Shown: positions 1 to 9,941, counted from the stretch's first letter. The stretch: 32,000 nucleotides of DNA from an uncultured bacterium (GCA_963704705.1 OY969931.1:390001-422000), one strand, 5' to 3'. Notes: a model not told the origin generated them from the letters alone. Translations and numbers: made by a program.

Positions 1-40
1 TAAATATGAAAAAAGTCTTAGCAAAGGTCATGCTAAACTT

Positions 41-889
41 GTGTTGTACGATAGAAGCATAGTTATTGTGCCATTTGAACGCGATGCATTCAGTATTTCA
101 CTTAATTTTTTAAAGAGATTTGATATTGATGATGAATTTTATGAAATTAACCTGATATTAGATCAAGGTTTTATTATTCACTTTAAAAATTTGGGAACCG
201 CATTTGAAGAATTTAAATCAAAGGTTGAAGAAGTTCAACAGCGGATGTATCAAGATACTATCGATAAACTTAAGGATATTTTATTGGAATTTGATTCAGC
301 TACTTTAATTAAGCTTGGTTACGAAATGAAACGCGGTAAAGCCGTGAATATTAAAAAAATTAAAAAAATAAACGATAAACTTGTTGATAGCATGAAGGAA
401 ATTATTCTTCATGATGATCTTGCGAAAAAACATTATGAATATTTTGAAAAAATGGCTGACCCTGAACATATTTATCTTGGAATTAGCCCTGAACCACCAA
501 AACATCAACCAAAAGGCAACGACACGCAGTTTTCTACCTGGTTTTTTATGGGAATGCCTGATAAAAATCTGGTTGTTGCTGTAATTACAAATGGAGGATA
601 TAGGGGGATTTATTTCTTTAAAATAATTATGGAGAAAGGTAATGCGAAAGAAAAAGTAGAGGAAAAATTACTCGAAGTTAATCAGGCATTATTGAAAATG
701 AAATTTGTAACAACAGCATTTTATAAAGATAAAAGGGAACTTAGAAGGTCAGTTTACAGATTTGCACTCCGAAAATTGCCTTATTTGCGTTTATTACGGC
801 GTTCATATGTTGGTCGTCTTACCCCATTTAATGAGGTGGATTGGGATAAGAGAATTAAAGATATTTTTGATAAGGCTGAACTTAAATAA
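41..889 (+). CDS. hypothetical protein, 282 aa
   Basis: Long ORF in a low-GC region with low-GC-type codon use; no family recognised. Confidence 0.75.
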   Translation: MLYDRSIVIVPFERDAFSISLNFLKRFDIDDEFYEINLILDQGFIIHFKNLGTAFEEFKSKVEEVQQRMYQDTIDKLKDILLEFDSATLIKLGYEMKRGKAVNIKKIKKINDKLVDSMKEIILHDDLAKKHYEYFEKMADPEHIYLGISPEPPKHQPKGNDTQFSTWFFMGMPDKNLVVAVITNGGYRGIYFFKIIMEKGNAKEKVEEKLLEVNQALLKMKFVTTAFYKDKRELRRSVYRFALRKLPYLRLLRRSYVGRLTPFNEVDWDKRIKDIFDKAELK

Positions 890-955
890 ATTTTTTACTT
901 TCCAATATTTCTGGTGTACAATAACGTACTGATTTATCCTTTAACATAACTTTTT

Positions 956-1279
956 ATGGCTGAAGTTACTTTTACAGATGATAACTTTGAAGCAGAAGTA
1001 AAGAATGCTCAGGGTGTTGTTTTGGTTGATTTCTTTGCTACATGGTGCGGTCCTTGTAAAATGATGGCCCCTGTAATCGATGAACTTTCCGGAGAATTCG
1101 AAGGAAAAGCTAAAATCGGAAAACTTGATGTTGATGAAAACAATAAATCTGCTTCTGAATTCGGAGTACAAAGTATTCCAACTTTAATTCTGTTTAAAGA
1201 CGGAAAGGAAGTAGACAGAATGATCGGATTCCAATCAAAAGAAGTACTAAAAGAAAAGCTTGAAGGAGCTGTCGGCTAA
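956..1279 (+). CDS. trxA: thioredoxin
   Basis: Protein contains the thioredoxin active site VDFFATWCGPCKMMAPVIDEL and the cis-Pro region VQSIPTLILFKDG. Confidence 0.97.
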   Translation: MAEVTFTDDNFEAEVKNAQGVVLVDFFATWCGPCKMMAPVIDELSGEFEGKAKIGKLDVDENNKSASEFGVQSIPTLILFKDGKEVDRMIGFQSKEVLKEKLEGAVG

Positions 1280-1297
1280 TTGTTAACCCCTCTAATT

Positions 1298-2173
1298 ATG
1301 GCTGATGTTGTTGAAATTAAACAGCGATTTTTAAATGCTAATAAATATAAACTGATCGCACCTGCAGTTATCGCTCTAATCATTATATTTATTATTATGG
1401 ACGGGTTGGTTAGTGTTCCTGCGGGTCATGTGGGTGTAATTTTTGATCAGGGAAGGGGAGTTCTGGAGCAGGAGATTGGTGAAGGGCTTCACTTAAAGAT
1501 ACCGTTTTGGCAGCAGGCAACTATTATGGATGCGAGAACTCAGGAATATACTATGAGTATTGCTGAAGGAGAAGGCAGTAAATTCAACGACGATAGTATC
1601 GAAAGCAGATCTAAGGACGGCCAGGTTATTTGGGTTGATGCAACAATTCTTTATCATATCGATAAAAATGAAGCTGATAATATTAAAAGAACTTTAGGTA
1701 CAAAAGAAGAATATAATACTAAAATTGTAAGACCGCGTGCTCGCGAAGTGATTCGTGAAGTTGTTGCGCAGTACAATGCTTTGGATTTAGTTTCGGAAAA
1801 ACGTGCTGAAATTGTTGAAGTTATGAATAATGATTTAAAAGAAGCATACGCAAAACATGATATTGTTCTTGAAGAGGTTGTATTAAGAAACGTAACCTAT
1901 TCTGCTGATTTTGCTGATGCTATTGAGCAAAAAGAGGTAGCAAGACAACTCATTAAAACTTCTGAATATCAAAAAGAACAGGCAACAGAACTTAAAGCAA
2001 AAAAAATCATTGAAGCAGAAGGTGAAGCAGAGGCTATTAAATTGAAAGGTGATGCTCTTCGCGATAATCCAGAAGTTATTCAGCTTGAGTTTATTAATAA
2101 ACTTGGACCAAATGTTCAGTGGGGAATTTTACCAAATTCAGCTACTCCGTTGTTTAATGTTCCGGGTTTTTAA
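1298..2173 (+). CDS. SPFH/prohibitin (HflK/stomatin-like) membrane protein
   Basis: N-terminal TM segment followed by VPAGHVGVIFDQGRG..EIGEGLHLKIPFWQ and EKIIEAEGEAEAIKLKGDAL. ORF opens at 1280, but the start MADVVEIKQ at 1298 is more likely. Confidence 0.9.
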   Translation: MADVVEIKQRFLNANKYKLIAPAVIALIIIFIIMDGLVSVPAGHVGVIFDQGRGVLEQEIGEGLHLKIPFWQQATIMDARTQEYTMSIAEGEGSKFNDDSIESRSKDGQVIWVDATILYHIDKNEADNIKRTLGTKEEYNTKIVRPRAREVIREVVAQYNALDLVSEKRAEIVEVMNNDLKEAYAKHDIVLEEVVLRNVTYSADFADAIEQKEVARQLIKTSEYQKEQATELKAKKIIEAEGEAEAIKLKGDALRDNPEVIQLEFINKLGPNVQWGILPNSATPLFNVPGF

Positions 2174-3335
2174 ACTTTAGCATTACTACAAAATAAAGAA
2201 TCGTTGAAACCACAGTTAGTGATGCGCTGTAAGTGAATGCTATTTGCGGATTTAATATGTCCCAAAGAAATCCAACAATGATACTCGCGGGTAAAGCGCA
2301 AATTCCGAGTGTAAAATTGTAAATTCCCACTGCTGTAGCACTATAACTTTTTGGTACTGATTCTGTTATAAATGCTTTTGCGGATCCAACATTAAATGCA
2401 AAAAATAGTCCGTACATAATAAACGCCACCCATATAAATACTTCTGGTACTTTGAATGTAAATAATAAAACTGCGGCTAAGAAAAATACATTTCCCATTA
2501 TTAATGTAGGAATTTTTCCTATTTTGTCAGATAAATTCCCTGCATAAAGAGCAAATGCAGCATAAGTGATTGTATATACCAAATAAACAATTGGAATCAG
2601 CGCTAAAGATAAGCCAAGGTCGCTGGCTCTTAAAATAAAGAATGCATAACTCATATTGCCGATTCCAAAAATAAAAGTCGGAATCAAAAAGAATTTATAA
2701 ATTTTTGGTAAATGCACTATTTCTTTTACTTTAATTTTTTTTGTTTCTTTAGCGAGATATTTATCTTCTTTGACTTTAAATACCGAAATTATAAATGAAA
2801 TAATACCCGGAATAAAAGCTATTAAGAACAACGGCTTAAGTGTATCAGGTACAAAGTGCAGAATTATTGTAAGAGTTAATACACCTGAAACAGCACCTAA
2901 AGTATCCATGGTCCTTTGCCATCCAAAAGCCCCTCCAATATGGTTTTCTTTTGCTGATGCATATAATAGAGCATCCCGCGGAGGATCTCTGAAACCTTTG
3001 CCACTTCTTTCGAGTATTCTTACTATTAATATATAAACCCAGCCTGTAGCGAATATGTAAAAAGGCTTTAAAAAAGCAGGCAATCCATAGCCTAAAATTA
3101 TAAAAATTTTACGTTTTTTCAGTTTGTCCGATAAATAACCTGAAACAACTTTAAGAAAACTAGAAAAACTTTCAGCAACACCTTCAATTATACCTATAAA
3201 AGCCTTATTTATGCCTAAAGACTCATAAAACACCGGAAGTATAGGCATAAGCATTTCACTTGAAAAATCAGTGAAAAAACTTATCACTCCAAACCAAAAT
3301 ACATTTTTTTGATTTTTATCTTTCCGAAGATTCAT
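2154..3335 (-). CDS. major facilitator superfamily transporter
   Basis: About 12 hydrophobic segments; MFS-like loop GYLSDKLKKRKIFIILGY near the N-terminus and LSDKIGKIPTLIMG in the second half. Overlaps the 3' end of the SPFH gene by 20 nt. Confidence 0.88.
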   Translation of the reverse strand: MNLRKDKNQKNVFWFGVISFFTDFSSEMLMPILPVFYESLGINKAFIGIIEGVAESFSSFLKVVSGYLSDKLKKRKIFIILGYGLPAFLKPFYIFATGWVYILIVRILERSGKGFRDPPRDALLYASAKENHIGGAFGWQRTMDTLGAVSGVLTLTIILHFVPDTLKPLFLIAFIPGIISFIISVFKVKEDKYLAKETKKIKVKEIVHLPKIYKFFLIPTFIFGIGNMSYAFFILRASDLGLSLALIPIVYLVYTITYAAFALYAGNLSDKIGKIPTLIMGNVFFLAAVLLFTFKVPEVFIWVAFIMYGLFFAFNVGSAKAFITESVPKSYSATAVGIYNFTLGICALPASIIVGFLWDILNPQIAFTYSASLTVVSTILYFVVMLKFKNPEH

Positions 3336-3434
3336 ACACTAATTATAGCTCAAAACAGACAAAATGTCTTGCCAAATTATCAAGATTCTGGTAAATTTAT
3401 GTAGCAAAAATTATGCCTATCTTTTTTTGAGCCA

Positions 3435-3749
3435 ATGGCGACTCTCAAGAGGATAGGACCTTACTTTTCTAACGTAAAAAGCATTATGAAACGCGCTGAT
3501 AAAAAGAAGATAATAACTAAGCATTCGCAGCACCAAAAAGATACTGGTTCTCCGCATGTACAAGTTGCTATATTAACTGAAAGAATCAAAGAAGTTCAGG
3601 ATCATTTATCAACTCACCCTAAAGATAATCATTCACGAAGAGGATTACTTGGTATGGTTGGTAAAAGACGAAAGCTGCTTAATTATTTGAGATTAAACAA
3701 CAAAGACGATTACGAAGCTTTGATCACTAAATTGAAATTAAGAAAATAA
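3435..3749 (+). CDS. rpsO: 30S ribosomal protein S15
   Basis: KDTGSPHVQVAILTERIKEVQDHLSTHPKDNHSRRGLLGMVGKRRKLLNYLR is the S15 signature; lies upstream of pnp. True start may be the internal Met at 3486. Confidence 0.97.
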   Translation: MATLKRIGPYFSNVKSIMKRADKKKIITKHSQHQKDTGSPHVQVAILTERIKEVQDHLSTHPKDNHSRRGLLGMVGKRRKLLNYLRLNNKDDYEALITKLKLRK

Positions 3750-3876
3750 TCTTATATCTCTAATGGATTATAAGGGCTTAAGTTACAGGTTCCAGGGTTA
3801 TAAATATTATAATTTTGAGACTTGTTCCTTAGGCCGAGCATATTCCATAGAGGCTTAAAAATTAACCATTTTTACT

Positions 3877-6006
3877 ATGGAATCAACAGAATTCTCGATG
3901 GATCTTGCCGGAAGAAAGTTCAGCATTGAAACCGGTGAATTAGCTTTACAAGCTAGTGGATCAACAATGGTGTCATTAGGAGACACTAAAATTTTAACAG
4001 CTGCTACAATGGGCGAAGCCCGCGAAGGAACAGACTTTTTTCCTTTGCAATGTGAATATGTAGAAAAGTTTTATGCTGCAGGTAAGATTAGTGGCAGCAG
4101 ATTTATTAAAAGAGGAGGACGTCCAAGTGAAAACGCTGTACTTAACAGTCGTTTGATCGACAGGCCTATTCGTCCGTTATTCCCAAAAGGTACAATTAAT
4201 GAAACTCAGGTTATTTGTACTGTAATGTCAGCTGATATGGAAGTCAGCCCTGGCCCGCTTGCAATTACAGCTGCTTCAACAGCATTAATTATTAGTGGAA
4301 TGCCATTTGAAGGGCCGGTTGCAGGTGTTCATGTTGGGCTTGTAGATGGTGAGCTGATTCTGAATCCTACTTACGACCAAGTTGAAAAAGGAGATTTGGA
4401 TTTAACTGTAGCAGGTACTGATGATGCAATTACAATGGTTGAAGCAGGCGCAAAAGAAGTTGATAACGAAATGATGCTTAAAGCATTGGAATTTGCTCAC
4501 AAACACATTAAAGAACTTTGTCAGTTACAGATTAAATTTGCTGAAAAGTATAAAAAAGAACCAATTGAAGTAACTATCAATAAACCTTCTGATGAAGCAG
4601 TAGAAGCTGTTTCAAGTTTTGTTACTGAAGATATGCTTAATACAATTAAAGGTGTTACTAAAAAAGAAATTAAAGATACTATCCATGCTATTGAAGATCA
4701 GGTTAAAGAAAAATTTGCGCAAGAATTAGAAGATGAAAAATTTACAAAAATAGATTTAATGGAAGCATTAAATAAAATGATTGAAAAGAATATGCGTAAA
4801 AATATTCTTGAAAAAGAAGCAAGAATTGATGGCCGAAAAATTGATGAAATCAGAAAATTAAAATGTGAACTTGACCTTCTTCCACGTGCTCATGGATCAG
4901 CATTATTCCAAAGAGGTGAAACTCAGGCATTAACAGTTACAACACTGGGTGGTCCCGGAGACGCAATGATAGTAGATACAATGGAGGAAGATAAAGAAAA
5001 ACGATATATGCATTTTTATAACTTCCCTGCTTATTCAGTTGGAGAAGTTAGACCAATGCGAGGACCAGGAAGACGTGAAATCGGACACGGTGCATTGGCT
5101 GAAAGGGCATTAGTTCCTGTTTTACCTGAAGAAAAAGACTTTCCGTATACTATGGTTTTGGAAAGTGAAGTTCTAACTTGCAATGGTTCGAGTTCAATGG
5201 CTTCTGTTTGCGGATCTTCATTGTCGTTAATGGCATGCGGAGTTCCAATTAAAAGTCATGTATCTGCGATTGCAATGGGTCTTGTAACTGATGGTGAAGG
5301 TAAATATAAGATATTAAGTGATATTCAGGGAATGGAAGATTTTGCAGGAGATATGGACTTTAAAGTTGCCGGTACTGCAAAAGGTATTACAGCGCTTCAA
5401 ATGGATATTAAAATTAAGGGTCTTTCATTGGATATAATGCGGGAAGCATTATCAAGAGCGCATGATTCAAGAATGGAAGTTATGAAAGCTATGACTGAAA
5501 CTATTCCAACTCCAAGAACTGAAATGTCACAATACGCTCCATTGATTATGAATATTAAAATTAATCCTGATCAAATTCGTGAAGTTATTGGTAAAGGCGG
5601 CGAGACAATTCAAAGAATTACAAAAGAATGGGGTGTTCAGATTGATATTGATGATGATGGAAATGTTGTTATTACAGCGCCTGATCAGGAAAAAGGCAAC
5701 GGTGCTTTAGATGAAATTAAGAAAATAACATACATACCAAAAGTTGGTGATGTATTCGAAGGAGAAGTTGTAAGAATTATGGATTTTGGTGCATTTGTTC
5801 AGATTGCTCCTGGCAAAGACGGACTTGTTCACATTTCTCAAATAGCAAATGAAAGAGTTAATAAGGTTGAAGATAAGCTTAAACTGGGTGATAAAGTTAA
5901 AGTTAAATTAATGGAAATCGATGATCAGGGAAGATACAATCTTTCAATGAAAGCATTATTGGACAAACCGAAAGAAGACAAACCGAAGCACGATGATAAG
6001 AAATAA
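3877..6006 (+). CDS. pnp: polyribonucleotide nucleotidyltransferase (PNPase)
   Basis: Two RNase PH-like domains, GRRDGRxxxE-like (EARIDGRKIDEIR), the KH segment IREVIGKGGETIQRIT and a C-terminal S1 domain GDVFEGEVVRIMDFGAFVQIAPGKDGLVHISQI. Confidence 0.98.
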   Translation: MESTEFSMDLAGRKFSIETGELALQASGSTMVSLGDTKILTAATMGEAREGTDFFPLQCEYVEKFYAAGKISGSRFIKRGGRPSENAVLNSRLIDRPIRPLFPKGTINETQVICTVMSADMEVSPGPLAITAASTALIISGMPFEGPVAGVHVGLVDGELILNPTYDQVEKGDLDLTVAGTDDAITMVEAGAKEVDNEMMLKALEFAHKHIKELCQLQIKFAEKYKKEPIEVTINKPSDEAVEAVSSFVTEDMLNTIKGVTKKEIKDTIHAIEDQVKEKFAQELEDEKFTKIDLMEALNKMIEKNMRKNILEKEARIDGRKIDEIRKLKCELDLLPRAHGSALFQRGETQALTVTTLGGPGDAMIVDTMEEDKEKRYMHFYNFPAYSVGEVRPMRGPGRREIGHGALAERALVPVLPEEKDFPYTMVLESEVLTCNGSSSMASVCGSSLSLMACGVPIKSHVSAIAMGLVTDGEGKYKILSDIQGMEDFAGDMDFKVAGTAKGITALQMDIKIKGLSLDIMREALSRAHDSRMEVMKAMTETIPTPRTEMSQYAPLIMNIKINPDQIREVIGKGGETIQRITKEWGVQIDIDDDGNVVITAPDQEKGNGALDEIKKITYIPKVGDVFEGEVVRIMDFGAFVQIAPGKDGLVHISQIANERVNKVEDKLKLGDKVKVKLMEIDDQGRYNLSMKALLDKPKEDKPKHDDKK

Positions 6007-7311
6007 TTAAAACTTCCCCTCATACCACTCATAATTATCAACAATCACATCTCCCACAAATACAGTGAAGTGGAGATGTGAACCTGTTGCTATACCGGTT
6101 GAACCCATTAATGCAATTAGGTCGCCTTTGTTAACATGGTCACCTTTTTGAACTTTGAGCTCAGAGCAATGCAGGTACATGGTGAATACATTCTGGCCGT
6201 GATCTATAACAACAGTATTGCCATATGACATTGTTTCTTCAGCTAGGGTCACAATTCCATCATTTGAGGCGTAGATTGGGGTGCCTTCAATATTTGCGTA
6301 GTCTAAGCCGAAATGTGAGCCCGAGAAATTACCGTTTATGTAAAGTTTGTCGCCAAAACCAAGTGTGATAGTGCCATCTGTCGGCACAATAAATGAGCCT
6401 TTCCATAATTGTTCGGGCACGGGATTTGCCTTGGCTCCATTTATTAAATCCCATGTTGTGTCGATTTTTGTTGATTCAAATAGCTCGGTTTTTGTTTCCG
6501 GAAGAGTAAAAGATTCAACAGGGACTTCGCGTTTTGTGACTGTAATAGGGTAATCGTGATTGCTGTCAGTAATGATTTTTAGTGTTTTTGTGCCGGTTTC
6601 AGTTAGACGATAAACTCCCACATAACCTCTGAAGTATTGTTTAATTTCAGGTTCGATAAATTCTTTTGGCACAGCTGCGCGTTTAATAACAATTTCAGCT
6701 TCATCAAAATTAATAGGGCGATCCGGCTTCATTGTGCCATCAGGATAGCCCTGAAAATAGCGTGCTCCTGCTGCCTGATTTATATAATTATAATGCCAGT
6801 CATCAGGCGAGACATCGGAAAATTCAGGGGTATTTGTAATTATTTGTTTAGGTTCAAATGCTTCAACAAGAATTTTTGCTATTTGGGCTCTTGTTATTGT
6901 GTCGTAAGGTCCGAAATTGCCGTCTTCGTAACCGCTTATAATACCAAGTACACTTGATTTATCGATGTATGCTTTATAAGGGTTTTGGTCTGTTACATCA
7001 GGAAAATCCAATGCCTTTGAAGTGTTGACAGCGCCAAAATCATAATTATCAAATAGTAATTTGAGGAATTCAGCACGAGTGATTGGTTCGTCCCAGTTTG
7101 GTTTTTTTGAAATTTCGTAAAATTTGATGTCACGGCCGTCAAACGAACCGTTTATTTCAGTTGTTTCAAATTTAGGAATATCAATAATAAATGTGCTGCC
7201 CTGCAGAATTTCATCAGGCAAATATACAGGCCCTGAAGCAAGTACAATATTTGAATGAATGACAATTAATGCAAATGTAATAAAAAGCTTTTTCATACAT
7301 TGATTTAACAA
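6007..7311 (-). CDS. S-layer-homology domain protein fused to an M23 family peptidase domain
   Basis: Signal peptide; SLH-like repeats (ALDFPDVTDQNPYKAYIDKSSVLGIISGYEDGNFGPYDTITRAQIAKIL; FSDVSPDDWHYNYINQAA..FQGYPDGTMKP); C-terminal M23 motifs HFGLDYANIEGTPIYASNDGIV and GSHLHF. Confidence 0.9.
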   Translation of the reverse strand: MLNQCMKKLFITFALIVIHSNIVLASGPVYLPDEILQGSTFIIDIPKFETTEINGSFDGRDIKFYEISKKPNWDEPITRAEFLKLLFDNYDFGAVNTSKALDFPDVTDQNPYKAYIDKSSVLGIISGYEDGNFGPYDTITRAQIAKILVEAFEPKQIITNTPEFSDVSPDDWHYNYINQAAGARYFQGYPDGTMKPDRPINFDEAEIVIKRAAVPKEFIEPEIKQYFRGYVGVYRLTETGTKTLKIITDSNHDYPITVTKREVPVESFTLPETKTELFESTKIDTTWDLINGAKANPVPEQLWKGSFIVPTDGTITLGFGDKLYINGNFSGSHFGLDYANIEGTPIYASNDGIVTLAEETMSYGNTVVIDHGQNVFTMYLHCSELKVQKGDHVNKGDLIALMGSTGIATGSHLHFTVFVGDVIVDNYEWYEGKF

Positions 7312-7360
7312 ATACTCAAATAAATTATATACTTTTAGTTAGTAAAATTAAAATTTCACA

Positions 7361-8002
7361 ATGAAAATAATAATAGTAGGAGGAACTCCAACAGCACTCA
7401 CTCTCGCAAATTTAATGGGTGAACAAAATGAATTAACAATTATTGAGCAGGATACTGAAAAAGCAAAAGAAATTGCAAACACCACTGCAGCGCTTGTTGT
7501 TGAAGGGGACGGAAGTGATATGGCTGTTCTAAATGATGCAGGACTTACCGAATGTGATGCGATTGTTGCAACCAGTGACGATAAAACCAATTTAATGGTT
7601 TGCGAAATTGCAAAAAGCGAGAAAGTTAAAAAAATTATCGCACTTGTAAACGAACCTAAAAACGAGGAACTTTTTGAAAAGTTAGGTATTAGTAAAATGG
7701 TTTCTGCTGTTGGAACAAATGTGACAGCAATAAAACAGGTGCTTGCAGAGTATGGTGACGAAAGAACTATTTGCCAGATTGGAGATGGTAAAATTCAGAT
7801 TTTTGAACAAACAGTAAAAGAAGGCAGTGATTTAATAGGTAAACCATTGGCTCTTGCAAATTGCAGTGTAGCAGGTCTTTATCGAAATGGTGAAATTATA
7901 ATGGCTAAAGATATTGATATTGTTAATGCTGGCGATGTACTTATTATTGTAGCAAAAACCGAAGATATTCCAAATATTAAAAAAATCATAAACGGCGAAT
8001 GA
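7361..8002 (+). CDS. trkA: TrkA-family potassium uptake NAD-binding (RCK) protein
   Basis: Rossmann start MKIIIVGGTPTALTLANLM, VVEGDGSDMAVLNDAGLTECDAIVATSDDKTNLMVC, C-terminal RCK_C-like region; followed directly by trkH. Confidence 0.9.
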   Translation: MKIIIVGGTPTALTLANLMGEQNELTIIEQDTEKAKEIANTTAALVVEGDGSDMAVLNDAGLTECDAIVATSDDKTNLMVCEIAKSEKVKKIIALVNEPKNEELFEKLGISKMVSAVGTNVTAIKQVLAEYGDERTICQIGDGKIQIFEQTVKEGSDLIGKPLALANCSVAGLYRNGEIIMAKDIDIVNAGDVLIIVAKTEDIPNIKKIINGE

Positions 8003-9436
8003 AAACAGTTTACAGGTATTTAGGCTATCTATTGATAATTTCCATTTTTTTTAGAATAATTCCCATTATTACAGGTTTGCTTTACGGGGAAACAATTTGG
8101 AATTTTTTATTAAGTGCGGGTATTTCGCTTGTACTGGGATTGATTTTAATTTTGGCGTTTAGAGACAAAGACAAAAGAAAAACAATTTCGATAAAAGACG
8201 GGTTTGTTCTTGCTGGGATTTCATTTATTGTAATACCCCTTATTGGCTCAATTTCTTTTTTACCTTTCTTCAATTATCATTTTATTGATGCTTTTTTTGA
8301 ATCGGTTTCAGGTTTTACAACAACCGGACTTTCACTTTTCTCAGGCCTTGAAGAATTACCAAAAAGCCTGTTGATATGGAGAGCTGAGACACAGTGGCTT
8401 GGCGGAATAGGAATAGTGATGTTCTTTTTATTTTTAGTTTCTTATTTTGGAAGAATTGGTCAGTTTAAAGTTGAAGACAGTGAAAAAATTCAGAATAAAA
8501 CACGCAATACAATGGCCTTATATCAGACGCAGGGTTTTGACGAAAAGTTAGAAGGCGGTTTTAGAAAAACACTTGTAAGCGTTATGATTATTTATTTTGG
8601 TTATACATTAATCGGTATTCTTCTGCTGTTTCTTTCAGGTATGAGTTTATTTGAATCAACTGCATTAACTTTTGCATCTCTTTCAACGGGCGGATTTACT
8701 GTTTCAGATAATTTAGTATTGAATAATACACAATTGATAATTCTTTGTATTTTAATGATACTTGGAGCTATATCGTTTATTGCACATCATAAATTATTAA
8801 AACTTAAATTAAAAGAATTCTTTTTATCTTACGAAAAAAATGTATTACTTATATTTATTTTAGTTTCAGTAATAATAGCACTTTTATTCGTTCAGGATTT
8901 TAAAATAGCGTTTTTCCAGACAATTTCCGCAATAACAACAACGGGTTTTTTCAATAACTGAAATTAAACTACTGCCTCAAATTTTCATATTATTGATATT
9001 TATCGGGATGATAATTGGTGGATCAACTTCTAGTACTTCGGGCGGAGTTAAGATAAATCGTGTTTATATATTATTCAGAGCTATTCCATGGTATATAAAA
9101 AAGAAAACCTCACCGCAAAGAGCAGTTATTCCATTTAGAATACACGGTCAAAATATTGACGAAGAACATTTAACAGGAATCGGGATTTATTTATTTGTAT
9201 ACGTAATGTTTTTAATTATTGGCACAATTATTTTTATGTTTCACGGTTATGGGTTTTTGGATTCTTCTTTCCAAATTACTTCAGCTCTTGGTACTGTTGG
9301 TTTGAGCACAATGCCGCTTTATTTATTACCGGGACTTTTAAAAATATTACTTATATTTGCAATGATATTCGGACGTCTTGAAATATTCCCGTTATTAATA
9401 GTATTGAGGCAAATTTTTGGGCGCAGCAAGAAATAA
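7999..9436 (+). pseudogene. trkH: TrkH-family potassium transporter, split by a frameshift into ORFs 7999-8961 and 8993-9436
   Basis: N-terminal part has the first P-loops (SVSGFTTTGLSLFSGLE, TLSTGGFTVSDN). Reading 5 instead of 6 Ts at 8946-8951 restores TTTGFSITEIKLLPQIFILLIFIGMIIGGSTSSTSGGVKINR, the expected TrkH continuation. Confidence 0.85.
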
Positions 9437-9496
9437 TTGAAATTTTTTGATTGTTCGCTATAATTCTAAGGCGTTCAATTACAAAATCAAAAATAG

Positions 9497-9594
9497 GCGG
9501 GTATAGTATAGTGGTGCTAGATCAAGCTGTGAAGAGGGAACGAAGTGACTGACTGAACAGGTTGAGCGAGTACGCATCGCGCATATTACGACTG
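9497..9594 (+). pseudogene. interrupted and truncated tRNA-Gly copy (5' portion with a ~69-nt insertion in the D-arm)
   Basis: GCGGGTATAGTATAGTGG (9497-9514) and TATTACGACTG (9584-9594) are identical to parts of the intact tRNA at 9610-9684, separated by unrelated sequence at 9515-9583. Confidence 0.75.
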
Positions 9595-9609
9595 ATGTTT
9601 AAAAAATAG

Positions 9610-9684
9610 GCGGGTATAGTATAGTGGCTATTACGACTGGTTGCCAATCAGTAGACACGGGTTCAATTCCCGTTACCCGCTCCA
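9610..9684 (+). tRNA. tRNA-Gly (anticodon GCC), CCA encoded
   Basis: Acceptor GCGGGTA/TACCCGC; anticodon stem-loop ACTGG-TTGCCAA-TCAGT; T-arm CGGGTTCAATTCCCG; ends in T + CCA. Confidence 0.95.
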
Positions 9685-9797
9685 AAGCTTCCGAAGAGGG
9701 AGTTTTTTAAACGACCGATTGAGGAGGTTTGGGCGGAGTATCTCGAACGAAGTGAGAGGCACCCGCTCCATTATTTCGAAAAATCGCTTGTTTAAGC

Positions 9798-9941
9798 TTA
9801 CTTACGTCCTTTAATTAATCTTATCACAAGTACAACAACAGCGATGATAAGCAGAATATGGATGTATCCGCCCAACGTATACGAGCTTACAAGTCCAAGC
9901 ACCCATAAAATCAATAGGATTATAAAGATTGTCCAAAGCAT
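9798..9941 (-). CDS. lmo0937-family (DUF5670-like) small membrane protein, 47 aa
   Basis: Below the size cutoff of the ORF track. My translation: MLWTIFIILLILWVLGLVSSYTLGGYIHILLIIAVVVLVIRLIKGRK, which matches the recalled pattern of this small family. Confidence 0.85.
   Translation of the reverse strand: MLWTIFIILLILWVLGLVSSYTLGGYIHILLIIAVVVLVIRLIKGRK

Noticed and set aside
8958-8968. Possible UGA recoding (Gracilibacteria/SR1-type genetic code) to explain the TrkH stop
   Set aside because: The in-frame TGA is followed by TAA two codons later and the homologous continuation is in another frame; TGA also ends trkA normally. An indel explains it better.
9466-9790. Possible CRISPR-like array because of short repeated strings near the tRNA
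   Set aside because: Repeats are fragments of tRNA-Gly with irregular spacing, not regular direct repeats with spacers.
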